DNA of 64,000 nucleotides from Rickettsiales bacterium (GTDB taxonomy: Bacteria; Pseudomonadota; Alphaproteobacteria; Rickettsiales; UBA1997): assembly GCA_038142525.1 (NCBI GenBank), contig JAYQKE010000006.1, positions 42,273 to 106,272 on the forward strand. Reading direction: 5' to 3'. A model generated the notes under the pieces. That model saw only the letters and a program-made list of their open reading frames with translations. It was not told the origin of the DNA and made no database searches. Of the stretch, positions 23,415 through 34,972 are shown piece by piece. Position 1 is the stretch's first letter, and every line of letters starts with the position of its first letter. Position numbers and translations under genes: made by a program.

Positions 23415-24250
23415 TTATAAATAATATTTTAAATTTAATGATAAAGATCTTGTAGATCTCTTTCTAACTTCCCTAATATTAACTTTTGAGGTTTTTTTGC
23501 GATAAATATATTCAGTTCTGCTATATTTTTGATATAGTGATATTGCTAATTTTTTAGTAATTTTTTTTGTAAATGATATAGAAAAATAATCATCCTTTGT
23601 TTTTTCCTTCTGAAATCTAGATATTCTACTATTTACTTTAAAAGTTTTGGTTATTTTTTTTCTAAGATATAAAACTGGATTAACTACTATGCTACTTCCT
23701 TCACCTTCACTGTGAGAATGGCCAATATTAATATCAGATTCAAAATTTAAACTAAACACTCTGCCTAATCCCGCAACTGAAGTAAATCTATTATAATATC
23801 CTTGATTGTCATAGATCAATTTATCGCTTGAATTAAAATTTTTATATTTATCCTGCTCAAAAAGATTGTAGATGTTAAAATAATTTTTACTATCGCTAAT
23901 CATCATTTTATTAGACAATTCTACCTCATATAATTCTTTAGTTTTCCTCATGGCTTTAGTTGTGGTATGTCCTTCTGTTACTTTATTATAAAATTTGAAT
24001 TCATGCATAAATTTTTTATTCTTATATCTAGCGCCACAATTAATATTATAATCTTTAGAATTATAGTCAGAACTATAATTACCACCAAGATATAATGAGG
24101 TTGTAGGTTTTTTTCTGGATGGGAATGGTTTTTTCTTATATCCGCCGATATATCAAAAGAATAAATATAGGTGATAAAAAAAGTAAATAATATGAATGTT
24201 CTTTTATAATAAACACTACATTGTAGAATTTTGTAATAGTTATTTTTCAT
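23415..24250 (-). CDS. Putative outer-membrane beta-barrel protein (DUF481-like), frameshift near 24090
   Basis: Signal-like N-terminus in the 23978-24277 ORF; shifted frame YLGGNYSSDYNSK joins the 197-aa ORF; amphipathic strands and C-terminal SLSLNLKYYL. Confidence 0.5.
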
Positions 24251-24344
24251 TTTGTCAGTGGCTAAGCATAATATCAAAATTCATTTTTAAGATGAACTTT
24301 GATATAAATCTAAATTAGTAATTTTTAAAGTACAAGCTAGTTAA

Positions 24345-24394
24345 GGAACCTCTGAAAAACTAAAAATTCCAATTTTTAGTTTTTCAGAGGTTCC
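24345..24394. mobile_element. Minimal 50-bp IS5-type MITE forming a perfect hairpin
   Basis: 24-bp arm + CC + 24-bp arm (GGAACCTCTGAAAAACTAAAAATT); TTAA on both flanks. Confidence 0.85.
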
Positions 24395-24412
24395 TTAAAG
24401 CTAAAATAAAAG

Positions 24413-25480
24413 TTAAATTGAAGATAATAATTCAATAAATCTTTGATTTTCTTCTTTGGTGCCAATAGTCATTCTAAGGCAATGTGGTAAATTATAGGAT
24501 TTCATATCACGAATTATCAGATTATTTTCTAATAGATATTGATTAATTTTTTGGCATTTCTCTGCAGTTTCAAAATTTATTAAAATAAAATTAGCAAAAG
24601 AATCATAAAATTCGATATTTAATTTTGATAATTTATTTTTAACAAAATTTAGTTGTTCTTGATTATATTTTTTTGATTTTTCTATAAATTTATTATCTTT
24701 TATAGCGGCAATTCCAGCCTTTTGTCTTGCCATAGAAACATTAAAAGGTCCTCTGACTTTATTCAAAGAATCAGCAATATATTGCGAAGAATAGCACCAA
24801 CCAAGACGAAGTGCCGCTAAGCCATGAATTTTTGAAAAAGTTCGCATCATAACTACATTCTCATAATTTTTAACATATTCTATAATATTTGGATAATTAT
24901 CTTCATCAAGATATTCAGCATAGGCCAAATCCATAGCAATAATAACATCTTTTGGAGTATTTTTAACCAATTTATCCATTTCTTCTTTAGTAATATATGA
25001 TCCAGTTGGATTATTGGGATTGGCAATAAAAATAATTTTGGTTTTATTGGAAGTTAATTTTATAATTTTATCAATATCGGTTTTTAAATTTTTCTCCTTG
25101 GCTTTTAGAGTTTTGGCACCAAATTTTGTTGCTGAAATCTCATACATTAAAAAACCATATTCACTTTGAATAATTTCATCTCCTTCTCCAGCAAAGGCTT
25201 CAATTAATAATGATATAATTTCATCACTACCAGCACCGCAGGTAATTCTTCTATTTTCAATATTATATTTTTTAGCAATTGCCTCTCTTAATTCCAATGA
25301 TGGACCATCTGGATAGCGGAAAAGTTTTTCAGAAGATTTTTTATAGGCTACAATAGCTTTTTTACTTGAGCCTAAAGAATTTTCATTGGATGATAATTTG
25401 ATAATATCTTTATTGCCAATTTTGCTTTTTCCTGCTATATAGGGTTTAATTTTTTCTATATATGATTTCGCTTTAATCAT
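24413..25480 (-). CDS. hisC: Histidinol-phosphate aminotransferase
   Basis: IKLSSNEN, RYPD, GAGSDEII, ANPNNPTG, RTFSKIHGLAALRLGW. Confidence 0.95.
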   Translation of the reverse strand: MIKAKSYIEKIKPYIAGKSKIGNKDIIKLSSNENSLGSSKKAIVAYKKSSEKLFRYPDGPSLELREAIAKKYNIENRRITCGAGSDEIISLLIEAFAGEGDEIIQSEYGFLMYEISATKFGAKTLKAKEKNLKTDIDKIIKLTSNKTKIIFIANPNNPTGSYITKEEMDKLVKNTPKDVIIAMDLAYAEYLDEDNYPNIIEYVKNYENVVMMRTFSKIHGLAALRLGWCYSSQYIADSLNKVRGPFNVSMARQKAGIAAIKDNKFIEKSKKYNQEQLNFVKNKLSKLNIEFYDSFANFILINFETAEKCQKINQYLLENNLIIRDMKSYNLPHCLRMTIGTKEENQRFIELLSSI

Positions 25481-25551
25481 GATTTTAATATAGTTGTTGA
25501 AAAATTATGTTATCTCATATATCTATTTTGTCAAAACACAAAATATAATCT

Positions 25552-26738
25552 ATGTTAAGAAAAATATTAATTTCATTACTCTTTATTATTACATCCTGTT
25601 CTTCAGTAAGTAATAAAATTAATTCTGATTTAAAAAAATTAGAGTTTCATCATTATCAGGAATTTCTAACTTCTATGAATAAATTTACTGATAGTTTGAA
25701 TGTCCATCAGAAATTAGATTTATTTTTACCATTTAATGATTCTTATCGTATTTCTAATTTTTGTTATGTTTTTGCCCATTGTAAAGATGTTCCGGGTTTA
25801 AAAATTAACAGATTAAATTGGGAGCAAAAAAAAAGATTTATATCAAATATTAATTAATGCTTATGGTGCTTTAGGATATCATCAGATAGTTGATATTATT
25901 AATAGAGAGTTAATTTTAGAAGAGATGGAGCTGGTCGCCAGAAGGTCACCATTATATAAGGCAAAGGATGGTCCAAATAATAAAAATTGGCAACCTCCAT
26001 TAAAAAGGTCGCATGATTTATATAATATTGCTATTTTTAATGATATGAAAAGTGATGATATTTGGGCTTTAAGATTTGAAGGCCATCATTTGCTACTTAA
26101 TCTTACTTTTAAAAAAGAAGATGAGAAGGTTTTTGTTAGCGCAACGCCAACTTTTATGGGTGCAAGTCCTGCGATCATACCAGAATTACCAAAAAACTTA
26201 GATAAATATTATCCAAGATGGTCAAAAGAGCAAGGGCAAACAGTTGCTATATGAAGATAGTTTATTAGCTAAAAAAATAATTAAATCTTTTGATAAAAAA
26301 AGTCAAAGGCAGTCAAAATTGGCAAAAATAGCTGGTGCAACCTTAGTAGGGGGCGGTAAAGTTTATCTCAATCATCAAGAATTTGCTGGAGGAAAATCTC
26401 CTCATATTTCTTATAGTAATTTGTCAGAAGAATCTAAATTATATCTTAAGGAATTTTTGGCAAAGATTTTTGCTCGTCAAAGAACAGATTTTTTAGATAT
26501 AGATAATTTTTATAAAAGTCTAAAAAATGCTAAAATTGCTTTTGCTGGTAGTTTAGATGATGATGAGGAATTTTATATTAGAGTGCAAACCTCAAGATTT
26601 CTCTTTGAATTATTGCAAACAAGTAATTATTCTATAGAAAGTAAAATTAAAGCTAATCATATTCACAGTATTTTAAGGGATTTAAAATCAGATTTCGATT
26701 TTGATATTTTGCAAAAACATTTAAGCCATTATCATTAA
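25552..26738 (+). CDS. DUF3500-domain lipoprotein (two frameshifts)
   Basis: Lipobox IITSC; WALRFEGHHLLLN, TPTFMGASPA, NHIHSILRD..SDF. Confidence 0.75.
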
Positions 26739-26747
26739 TAAAAAGGC

Positions 26748-27524
26748 ATGAAATATAAAAAAATTGGTATTATTTCTAGTATTAAGCCAGGAGCTTCTGA
26801 AAGAAAGCAGGAACTTATTAAAAAATTTGGTTTTATTGATTATGAATTAAATAAAAATCAAGAGATTGATCTGCTAGTAGCGCTCGGAGGTGATGGTTTT
26901 TTATTACATTCTCTTCATACTTATCAATTTTTAAAAATACCAATTTATGGCGTTAATTATGGTACAATTGGTTTTATGATGAATATTGATAATGATAATT
27001 TGTTAAAATCTATTGCAGAATCAGTTGAGACCATTCTTTATCCATTGCAAATGCGTGCTATTGATATTGATGATATTTGTCATAGCTATATTGCAATTAA
27101 TGATGTTTATCTTTGGCGTCAGAGAAATCAGGCGGCAAAAATAGCAGTAAATGTTAATGGAAAAGTTAGGATAGAGCAGATGATTTGTGACGGTGTTTTG
27201 GTTGCAACTCCTGCTGGTAGTACTGGTTATAATTTATCATTAAAAGGCACTATTATTCCATTTGGTTCAAAAGCCCTTGCTTTAACGCCAATTAGCCCTT
27301 TTAGACCAAGAAGTTGGAATGGTGCTATCTTACCTGATGATTCTATCTTTAAATTTAAAGTCTTTGATCCTATAGAAAGGCCAGTTTCAGTTTCAGCTGA
27401 CTTTTTTGAGGTTAGAAATATTAAAGAAGTTGAGGTTTTTCAATTAAAAACAAGAGATTTTAAAATTTTATCTGACAAGAATCATAGTTTGGAGGAGCGT
27501 ATTATACGAGAACAATTTTTATAA
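26748..27524 (+). CDS. nadK: NAD kinase
   Basis: LGGDGFLL, GTIGFMMN, AIND, DGVLVATPAGSTGYNLS. Confidence 0.93.
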   Translation: MKYKKIGIISSIKPGASERKQELIKKFGFIDYELNKNQEIDLLVALGGDGFLLHSLHTYQFLKIPIYGVNYGTIGFMMNIDNDNLLKSIAESVETILYPLQMRAIDIDDICHSYIAINDVYLWRQRNQAAKIAVNVNGKVRIEQMICDGVLVATPAGSTGYNLSLKGTIIPFGSKALALTPISPFRPRSWNGAILPDDSIFKFKVFDPIERPVSVSADFFEVRNIKEVEVFQLKTRDFKILSDKNHSLEERIIREQFL

Positions 27525-27532
27525 AATAAATA

Positions 27533-28258
27533 ATGAATATATATCCAGCAATAGATTTAAAAGAAGGTAAATGTGTCAGGCTTTATCAAGGTGACATGAA
27601 TCGGGCAACAATTTTTAATGATTCCCCCTTATCTCAAGCACAATTTTTTGAAAAAAATGGTTTTAAATTTCTTCATATTGTTGATTTGGATGGTGCTATT
27701 GTTGGCTCGTCAGTTAATGGGCAAATAGTACAAGAAATTGTTAATAATATTTCTATCCCAGTGCAAATTGGCGGGGGTATCAGAAATTTAGAACAGATTG
27801 AAAAATGGTTATCAATTGGTGTAAATAGGGTTATTATTGGCACTGCAACTCTTCAAAATCCAGAGTTAGTAATAGATCTTGCAGAAAAATTTCCTAATCA
27901 AATAATTGTTGGCATTGATGCTAAGCAAGATTTTGTAGCAATTGATGGTTGGGTTAAAAAATCTGATGTTACAATTATTGATTTGGCGCAAAAATTCGCT
28001 CAGTCAAAAATTGCGAACCATTATTTATACCGACATTATGCGTGACGGTACCATGCAAGGTGTTAATATTGAGGCAACCAAGAATCTTGCTCAAAATTCT
28101 AATGTTCCTATCATTGCTTCCGGCGGTGTTAATTCTATTGCCAATATTAAAGAAATTAATAATATTAAAGAATTTGGAGTTGAGGGTATAATAGTTGGGC
28201 GCGCTCTTATGAGGATAAAAATGGAGAATTTTTAGAAAAATTGAAATCTTATTTATAA
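27533..28258 (+). CDS. hisA: ProFAR isomerase HisA (frameshifts near 28015 and 28207)
   Basis: IYPAIDLKEGKCVRL, LHIVDLDGA, QIGGGIR, IYTDIMRDG, IASGGV. Confidence 0.94.
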
Positions 28259-28270
28259 AAACTTAATAAA

Positions 28271-30634
28271 ATGAAATTTACATTAAATTGGTTAAAAGAA
28301 TATTTAACAACTGAAAAATCAGTTAATGAAATTGCTGATGATTTAACAAATATTGGTCTAGAAATCGAAGAGGTTAGTAATGAATCTGCTTTTTTAGAAA
28401 ATTTTACAGTCGCTAAAATTAATGAAGCTTCTCCACATCCAGATTCAAAAAAATTACAAATTTGTAAAGTTGATACAGGAAAAGAAGTTTTGCAAGTAAT
28501 TTGCGGTGCCAAAAATGCCAGAACAGGAATAAAAATTGCTTTTGCCAAGATTGGCTCGCTAATTCCTTCTAATGGCATGAAGATTAAAAAGGCCAAAATT
28601 GCAGGGATAGAAAGTAATGGTATGATTTGTTCTGCTGAGGAGCTTAATATTGGTGCAGATGGTGAAGGTATTATTGAAATTGATGAAAAATATGAAATTG
28701 GTACAAAATTAAGTGAAATCTATAAAAAGGATATTGTTTTTGATATTAATATCACACCAAATCGCGGTGATTGTTTGGGTCTTTATGGTATTGCAAGAGA
28801 TTTATCGGCACTTGATGGTTATAAATTAAAAGAGTTAGATATTAAAGAAATTTTAGGTGAGTTTGATTCTAAAGTTAAAATTGATATTATAAGTGATGAT
28901 TGTTGTCAATTTTTTGCACGAGAAATTAAGGGGGTAAAAAATTGCCCGTCGCCAAAATGGCTTGCTGATAAATTAAATGCTATTGGTCAAAATTCTATTT
29001 CGGCTATTGTTGATATTACTAATTATGTTATGTTTTGTCTCAATCAGCCAATGCATTCTTATGATTTTGATAAATTACAAGGTAATATTGCGATCAGAAA
29101 AGCTAAAAAAGATGAAGAATTTTTATCTCTTAAAGATTTAGAATATAAGTTAGATGAAAATGATTTGATAGTTACTGATGAGCAAAAAATCTTAGGAATT
29201 GCTGGCATTATGGGTGGCAAATCTAGCACTAGTGATGAAGATACAAAAAATATTTTATTAGAAGCGGCATTTTTTGATGATATTTCGGTTGCTAAAAGCG
29301 GTAGAAGATTAAATCTGCTTTCTGAATCTCGCTATCGTTTTGAAAGAAGAATCGATATTAAAACAGCAAAAATTGCTATTGAATTGGCTACAAAATTAAT
29401 TTTAGAAATTTGTGGCGGTCAGGCTAGTAATGTTATTTTAGCTGAAAATAATTTACCAAAGCAGCAAAAAATCACTTTTAATTTTGATAGGATAGGGCAA
29501 ATCTTGGGATTTAAAATAGAAAATAATAAAATTGCAGAAATTTTAAGAAATTTAGATTTTAAATTAGAAAAAAAATCTGAAAAAGATTACCAAATTCTTA
29601 TTCCAACTCATAGAAATGATATCAAAATAGAACAGGATTTAATTGAAGAAATTGCTAGAATTAATGGTTATAATAATATTATTTCCCATGAAATTAATAA
29701 AGCTATTTTGGCAAAAAAAACTTCTAAAATTGATCGAATTAGAAATTTATTAATAAATTCTAAAATGGATGAAATTATTAATTTTTCTTTTATTAATTCT
29801 AATCTTTCTAAAAATTTTACCGATAATCAGGAAGAATTATTTTTAAATAATCCAATTTCAGAAGATTTAAATTATATGAGGCCAAATTTAGCTATTGGTT
29901 TGCTGGAGGTGATTGCTAAAAATAATGTCAGAGATTTTACGGATTTATCTTTTTTTGAAATTGGTAAAATTTTCTTGGGGACTAGCCCTAAAGATCAAAT
30001 TGAATCAGTTGCTGGAGCTAGATTCGGTTTAAATTGCTTAAAAGATCATTTTGCTGAAAATAGAGAATTTGATATTTTTGATGTTAAAAAAGATCTCTTT
30101 GATATTTTAGAAAAAATTGGTTTTAATGCTGATTCTTTCCAAATTACTGAAGATGCTCCAAAATATTACCACCCTTATAAATCTGGATCTGTAAAGCTTG
30201 GTAAAAATATTATTGGCTATTTTGGTGAAATTCATCCGATAATTCTTGGTAAATTTTCTTTAAAGAAAAAAGTTAATATTTTTGAAATTTTCTTGGATAA
30301 TTTACCACAAAATAATAAAAAGAGAAAAAATAAGCCTCTAGAGATTTCTGATTTTCAGCAGGTCAAAAGAGATTTTGCCTTTTTATTGGATAAGAATATT
30401 AGGGCCGGGGATGTTTTAAAATCTATCTCCAAAATTGATAAAAATCTTATTTCCAATATCAATATTTTTGATCTATATCAGGGCGATAAAATTGGCTCTG
30501 GTCAAAAATCAATTGCTTTTTCAGTTATTTTATCACCAAAAGATAAAACCTTAGAAAGTGCTGAAATTGAGCATTTATCAGATAAGATTATAAAAACTGT
30601 TACAAATTTTGGTGGAATTTTAAGAAGTAATTAA
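28271..30634 (+). CDS. pheT: Phenylalanyl-tRNA synthetase beta subunit
   Basis: MKFTLNWLKEY, VICGAKN, ITPNRGDCL, DLIEEIARING, RDFAF anticodon-binding domain. Confidence 0.97.
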   Translation: MKFTLNWLKEYLTTEKSVNEIADDLTNIGLEIEEVSNESAFLENFTVAKINEASPHPDSKKLQICKVDTGKEVLQVICGAKNARTGIKIAFAKIGSLIPSNGMKIKKAKIAGIESNGMICSAEELNIGADGEGIIEIDEKYEIGTKLSEIYKKDIVFDINITPNRGDCLGLYGIARDLSALDGYKLKELDIKEILGEFDSKVKIDIISDDCCQFFAREIKGVKNCPSPKWLADKLNAIGQNSISAIVDITNYVMFCLNQPMHSYDFDKLQGNIAIRKAKKDEEFLSLKDLEYKLDENDLIVTDEQKILGIAGIMGGKSSTSDEDTKNILLEAAFFDDISVAKSGRRLNLLSESRYRFERRIDIKTAKIAIELATKLILEICGGQASNVILAENNLPKQQKITFNFDRIGQILGFKIENNKIAEILRNLDFKLEKKSEKDYQILIPTHRNDIKIEQDLIEEIARINGYNNIISHEINKAILAKKTSKIDRIRNLLINSKMDEIINFSFINSNLSKNFTDNQEELFLNNPISEDLNYMRPNLAIGLLEVIAKNNVRDFTDLSFFEIGKIFLGTSPKDQIESVAGARFGLNCLKDHFAENREFDIFDVKKDLFDILEKIGFNADSFQITEDAPKYYHPYKSGSVKLGKNIIGYFGEIHPIILGKFSLKKKVNIFEIFLDNLPQNNKKRKNKPLEISDFQQVKRDFAFLLDKNIRAGDVLKSISKIDKNLISNINIFDLYQGDKIGSGQKSIAFSVILSPKDKTLESAEIEHLSDKIIKTVTNFGGILRSN

Positions 30635-30759
30635 ACATCTTTTTGGTAAAATAAAAAGCCTTGAATTAATAAAATGATTTTAATATCTTTTGCTTCCTGA
30701 CATTTTGCATAAATTGATCGTCAAATTTTGCAAAGTTTTTTAAAAAAATTTAGATAATA

Positions 30760-31958
30760 ATGAATATACATGAATATCAAGCCAAACAATTATTGGCAAA
30801 ATATGGTGCTGTTGTACCAGAAGGTTATCTCGCTTTCACTTCCGATGAAGCTATAGAAGTCGCCCAGACTTTAAAAAATAATGGTAATGAAGTTTTTGTT
30901 GTTAAGGCTCAAATCCATGCTGGTGGTAGAGGTAAGGCTGGTGGTGTAAAAGTTGTTAAAACTATAGAAGATGTTGCTAAGGAATCTCAAGAGATGCTAG
31001 GTAAGGTTCTTGTTACTCATCAAACTGGTCCAGAAGGTAAGGAAGTTAAAAGACTTTATGTTGAAGCTGGTTCAAATATTGATAAGGAATATTATCTTTC
31101 TGCAGTATTAGATCGTGCCAATAAGGCTGTTGTTTTCATGGCGTCAACTGAAGGTGGTATGGAAATTGAAGAAGTTGCTGAGGAAACTCCAGAAAAAATT
31201 ATTACTACAATAGTTCCAGTTGAAATTGGTATTTCTGGCTTTCATGCTAGAAAATTAGGCTTTGCTCTTGGTTTAAAAGGTGATTTATTAAAACAATTTA
31301 CTAAATTAATTGGTTCAATCTATCAAGCTTTCATTGATACAGATGCTTCTCAAATTGAAATTAACCCTTTAGTTATTACTAAGGAAGAACAGCTGATTGT
31401 TTTGGATGCTAAATATAATTTTGATGATAATGCTCTTTATCGTCAACCTGCAATTAAAGAACTAAGAGATATTGATGAAGAAGATCCATTAGAGATTGAG
31501 GCTTCTAAACATGAGCTAAATTATGTTAAAATGGATGGTGAGATTGGTGCATGGTTAATGGTGCAGGTCTTGCTATGGCAACTATGGATATCATTAAGCT
31601 ATATGCATCATCTCCCGCTAATTTTCTTGATGTTGGTGGTGGTGCAACTAAGGAAAGAGTTACTGAAGCTTTTAAAATTATTCTTTCTGATAAAAATGTT
31701 AAAGCAATTTTAGTAAATATTTTTGGCGGTATTATGAGATGTGATATCATTGCCGAGGGTATTATTGCCGCTGCTAAGGAGGTTAATTTAGAAATTCCTT
31801 TAATTGTGAGGTTGGAAGGTACTAATGTTGATCTTGGTAAAAAGATTCTTGCTGAATCTGACTTAACAATTATTTCAGCAAATGATTTGGGAGACGCAGC
31901 CGAAAAAGCGGTAAGTGCTATTAAAGGTAATAATGGTCAAGTTGCGACTGCAGTTTGA
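30760..31958 (+). CDS. sucC: Succinyl-CoA synthetase beta subunit (frameshift near 31550)
   Basis: [46 protein letters not shown]. Confidence 0.97.
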
Positions 31959-31982
31959 ATAATTAAATTATAAATATATAAA

Positions 31983-32867
31983 ATGTCTGTTTTAGTTAAT
32001 AAAAATACAAAAGTTATTTGCCAAGGTTTTACTGGTATGCAAGGCACTTTCCATTCAGAGCAAGCAATTGCTTATGGTACAAATATGGTTGGTGGCGTTA
32101 CACCAGGTAAAGGCGGTTCAAAACATTTAGATTTACCAGTTTTTAATACTGTTTTAGATGCTAGAAAAGCAACTGATGCTAATGCTTCAGTTATTTATGT
32201 TCCCTCTCCTTTTGCAAAGCGGATGCAATTTTAGAAGCAATCGATGCTGAAATTGAATTAATTGTTTGTATTACCGAAGGTATTCCAGTTTTAGATATGG
32301 CTAAAGTAAAAAGTTGCTCTTAAAACTTCAAAATCAAGATTAATTGGTCCAAATTGTCCAGGAATTATTACTCCGGGTCAATGTAAAATTGGTATTATGC
32401 CTGGTCATATTCATAAAAGTGGATCTGTTGGTATTGTTTCTCGTTCTGGTACTTTAACTTATGAGGCGGTTCATCAAACAACTAATGAAGGTTTAGGTCA
32501 ATCAACTTGTATTGGTATTGGTGGCGATCCAATTAATGGTACTAACTTTATTGATTGTTTGGATATGTTCCTTTCTGATGAGCAGACTCAGTCAATGATT
32601 ATGATTGGTGAAATTGGCGGTTCTGATGAGGAAGAAGCAGCAGAATTTTTAAAGCATGAAGCTAAAAAAGGCAGATCGAAACCTTGCGTTGGATTTATTG
32701 CTGGTAGAACTGCACCTCCAGGAAAAAGAATGGGTCATGCTGGCGCAATTATTGCTGGTGGTAAAGGAGGAGCTGAAGATAAAATTGAAGCTATGAAATC
32801 TGCTGGTGTTTCTGTTGCTGATTCACCTGCAACCTTAGGTAAAACCCTTGCAGAATTGTTAAAATAA
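31983..32867 (+). CDS. sucD: Succinyl-CoA synthetase alpha subunit (frameshifts 32215-32320)
   Basis: [33 protein letters not shown]. Confidence 0.97.
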
Positions 32868-32886
32868 TCAATTAAATATAACCACT

Positions 32887-33915
32887 ATGACCGTAGATTC
32901 AAATAGAAAAAAAGCTTTAGACGCAGCCCTTTCACAAATTAATAAACAATTTGGTAAAGGATCAGCAATGATGCTTGGTGAAAGGCCGAAAATTGATGTT
33001 GAAATAATTCCTAGCGGCTCTTTGGCACTTGATAAGGCTCTTGGTGTTGGTGGTTATCCAAGAGGCAGAATTATTGAAATTTATGGTCCAGAAAGTTCTG
33101 GTAAAACTACTTTAACTCTTCATGCAATTGCCGAAGCTCAAAAGAAAGGTCTTTCTTGTGCATTTGTTGATGCTGAGCATGCTTTTGATCCTGTTTATGC
33201 TGAGAATCTTGGTATAAATATTGATGAGATGATTATTTCTCAACCAGATAGTGGTGAATCTGCTCTTGAAATTGTTGATACTTTTGTTAGATCTGGAGCT
33301 GTTGATTTGATCGTTGTTGATTCAGTTGCAGCTCTTACTCCTCAAGTTGAGTTGGAAGGTGGTATGGCAGATAATCAAATGGGTTTACAGGCTAGACTTA
33401 TGAGTAAAGCTCTTCGTAAATTGACAGGATCAATTTCTAAAACTGGTTGTACAGTGATTTTTATTAATCAAATTAGAATGAAGATTGGTGTGATGTTTGG
33501 ATCTCCTGAAACTACAACTGGCGGTAATTCTTTAAAATTCTATTCTTCGGTTCGTCTTGATATTAGAAGAGGTTCTCAAATTAAAAGTGGTGATGAAATT
33601 TTAGGTAATGATACTAAGGTAAAAGTTGTTAAAAATAAAGTTGCCCCTCCATTTAAAATAGCAGAGTTTGAAATTATTTATGGCGAAGGGGTTTCTAAAA
33701 TTGGTGAAATTATTGATTTGGCAGTTAAGGAAGATATAATTGAAAAATCTGGTTCTTGGTATGCTTATGATGGTGTAAAAATTGGTCAAGGTAAAGAAAA
33801 TGCTAAAAATTACCTTAAAGATAATCCAGAAATTTCAGATGAGATAGAAAATAAAATTAGATCTTTAGGATCAAAGAAGAATGAAGATGAAGTTGCAACT
33901 GATACTAGTCAATAA
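32887..33915 (+). CDS. recA: Recombinase A
   Basis: [41 protein letters not shown]. Confidence 0.99.
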   Translation: MTVDSNRKKALDAALSQINKQFGKGSAMMLGERPKIDVEIIPSGSLALDKALGVGGYPRGRIIEIYGPESSGKTTLTLHAIAEAQKKGLSCAFVDAEHAFDPVYAENLGINIDEMIISQPDSGESALEIVDTFVRSGAVDLIVVDSVAALTPQVELEGGMADNQMGLQARLMSKALRKLTGSISKTGCTVIFINQIRMKIGVMFGSPETTTGGNSLKFYSSVRLDIRRGSQIKSGDEILGNDTKVKVVKNKVAPPFKIAEFEIIYGEGVSKIGEIIDLAVKEDIIEKSGSWYAYDGVKIGQGKENAKNYLKDNPEISDEIENKIRSLGSKKNEDEVATDTSQ

Positions 33916-33973
33916 AATAAAGGATTAGTTTGAAAATCTAGAATTACTACAGTGAAGTAGTTGTAATAAAATA

Positions 33974-34426
33974 ATGAGATATATAGATACAAGATCAATA
34001 TCATCAATACCAAATATTCTTGAGAAATATCATTCAAGGCAACATAAAAATCATAATTTATTACATGATGTTGGCTTATCATCATTACTCGCTTCCAAGA
34101 AAAAAAAAGTTCTAACAAAAGCACAAAGAAAAAGGATAGCTAATGAGAGAAGGCGTAAATTCTTTGCTAATATTATCACTCGTCATCAGGATTTACATGA
34201 AGGAGAAAGAAATAAAATTATTGCAAGAGAGAAAAGTAGAATATTAAGTAATATTGTTACAAGACCACGTTCAAAATCTATGTTGGAGTTACAGCGAGAA
34301 GAAAGAAATAGGCGTAGTGAAGTTGAAAGAAGAATCAATAGCGCTAGAGATAGGGCTTATGCTAGAAGGGTTAGATCTAGAAGTAGATGGAGTGAGTTAT
34401 TAGAAAGCCAAGTAAAAAAAGTTTAA
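33974..34426 (+). CDS. Arg/Lys-rich hypothetical protein
   Basis: 150-aa open frame in AT-rich DNA; strongly basic, helical-looking. Confidence 0.6.
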   Translation: MRYIDTRSISSIPNILEKYHSRQHKNHNLLHDVGLSSLLASKKKKVLTKAQRKRIANERRRKFFANIITRHQDLHEGERNKIIAREKSRILSNIVTRPRSKSMLELQREERNRRSEVERRINSARDRAYARRVRSRSRWSELLESQVKKV

Positions 34427-34433
34427 ATAAATA

Positions 34434-34970
34434 TTATTTTTTCCATTTAATATTACAGCCCATAGAAGGATATTGAGAAGAGTCTATTTCTTTTTCTGCA
34501 ATTCTAAGATCAATTCCTGTAGAATTTTTATTATTATTTGGTGAAGAGTTATCCATTCTACCGCGATAGATCAATTCATTATTTTTATTAAAAAGGTAAA
34601 ATTCTGGAGTACATTCTGCTTGATATTTTTTGGCAATTTCTTGCGATTCATCATATAAATATGGAAATTTTAATCCTAATTTTTGCCATAATTCTTGCAT
34701 TCTTTCTGGTGCATCTTCAGGATAATTTTTTACATCATTAGAACTAATCGCTACAAACTCAATTTTATCCTGATATTTATTATTAATATCAATAATCTGA
34801 TCATGATAATGAATAACAAAAGGGCAGTGATTGCAGATAAACATTATTAATTTACCCTTATCTTTTGGAAGTAAATTAGAATTAAAATTCTTGTTATTAA
34901 CTGTATTTAAGAGATTAAATTCTGGTAATTTTGTATCAAGATTTAACATTTTGGAATAAGTCAAAACCAC
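34434..34970 (-). CDS. Thioredoxin-fold AhpC/TSA-like protein
   Basis: MFICNHCPFV, FPYLYDESQEIAK, ECTPEF, YRGRMD, SMGCNIKWK. Confidence 0.9.
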   Translation of the reverse strand: MVLTYSKMLNLDTKLPEFNLLNTVNNKNFNSNLLPKDKGKLIMFICNHCPFVIHYHDQIIDINNKYQDKIEFVAISSNDVKNYPEDAPERMQELWQKLGLKFPYLYDESQEIAKKYQAECTPEFYLFNKNNELIYRGRMDNSSPNNNKNSTGIDLRIAEKEIDSSQYPSMGCNIKWKK

Positions 34971-34972
34971 AA

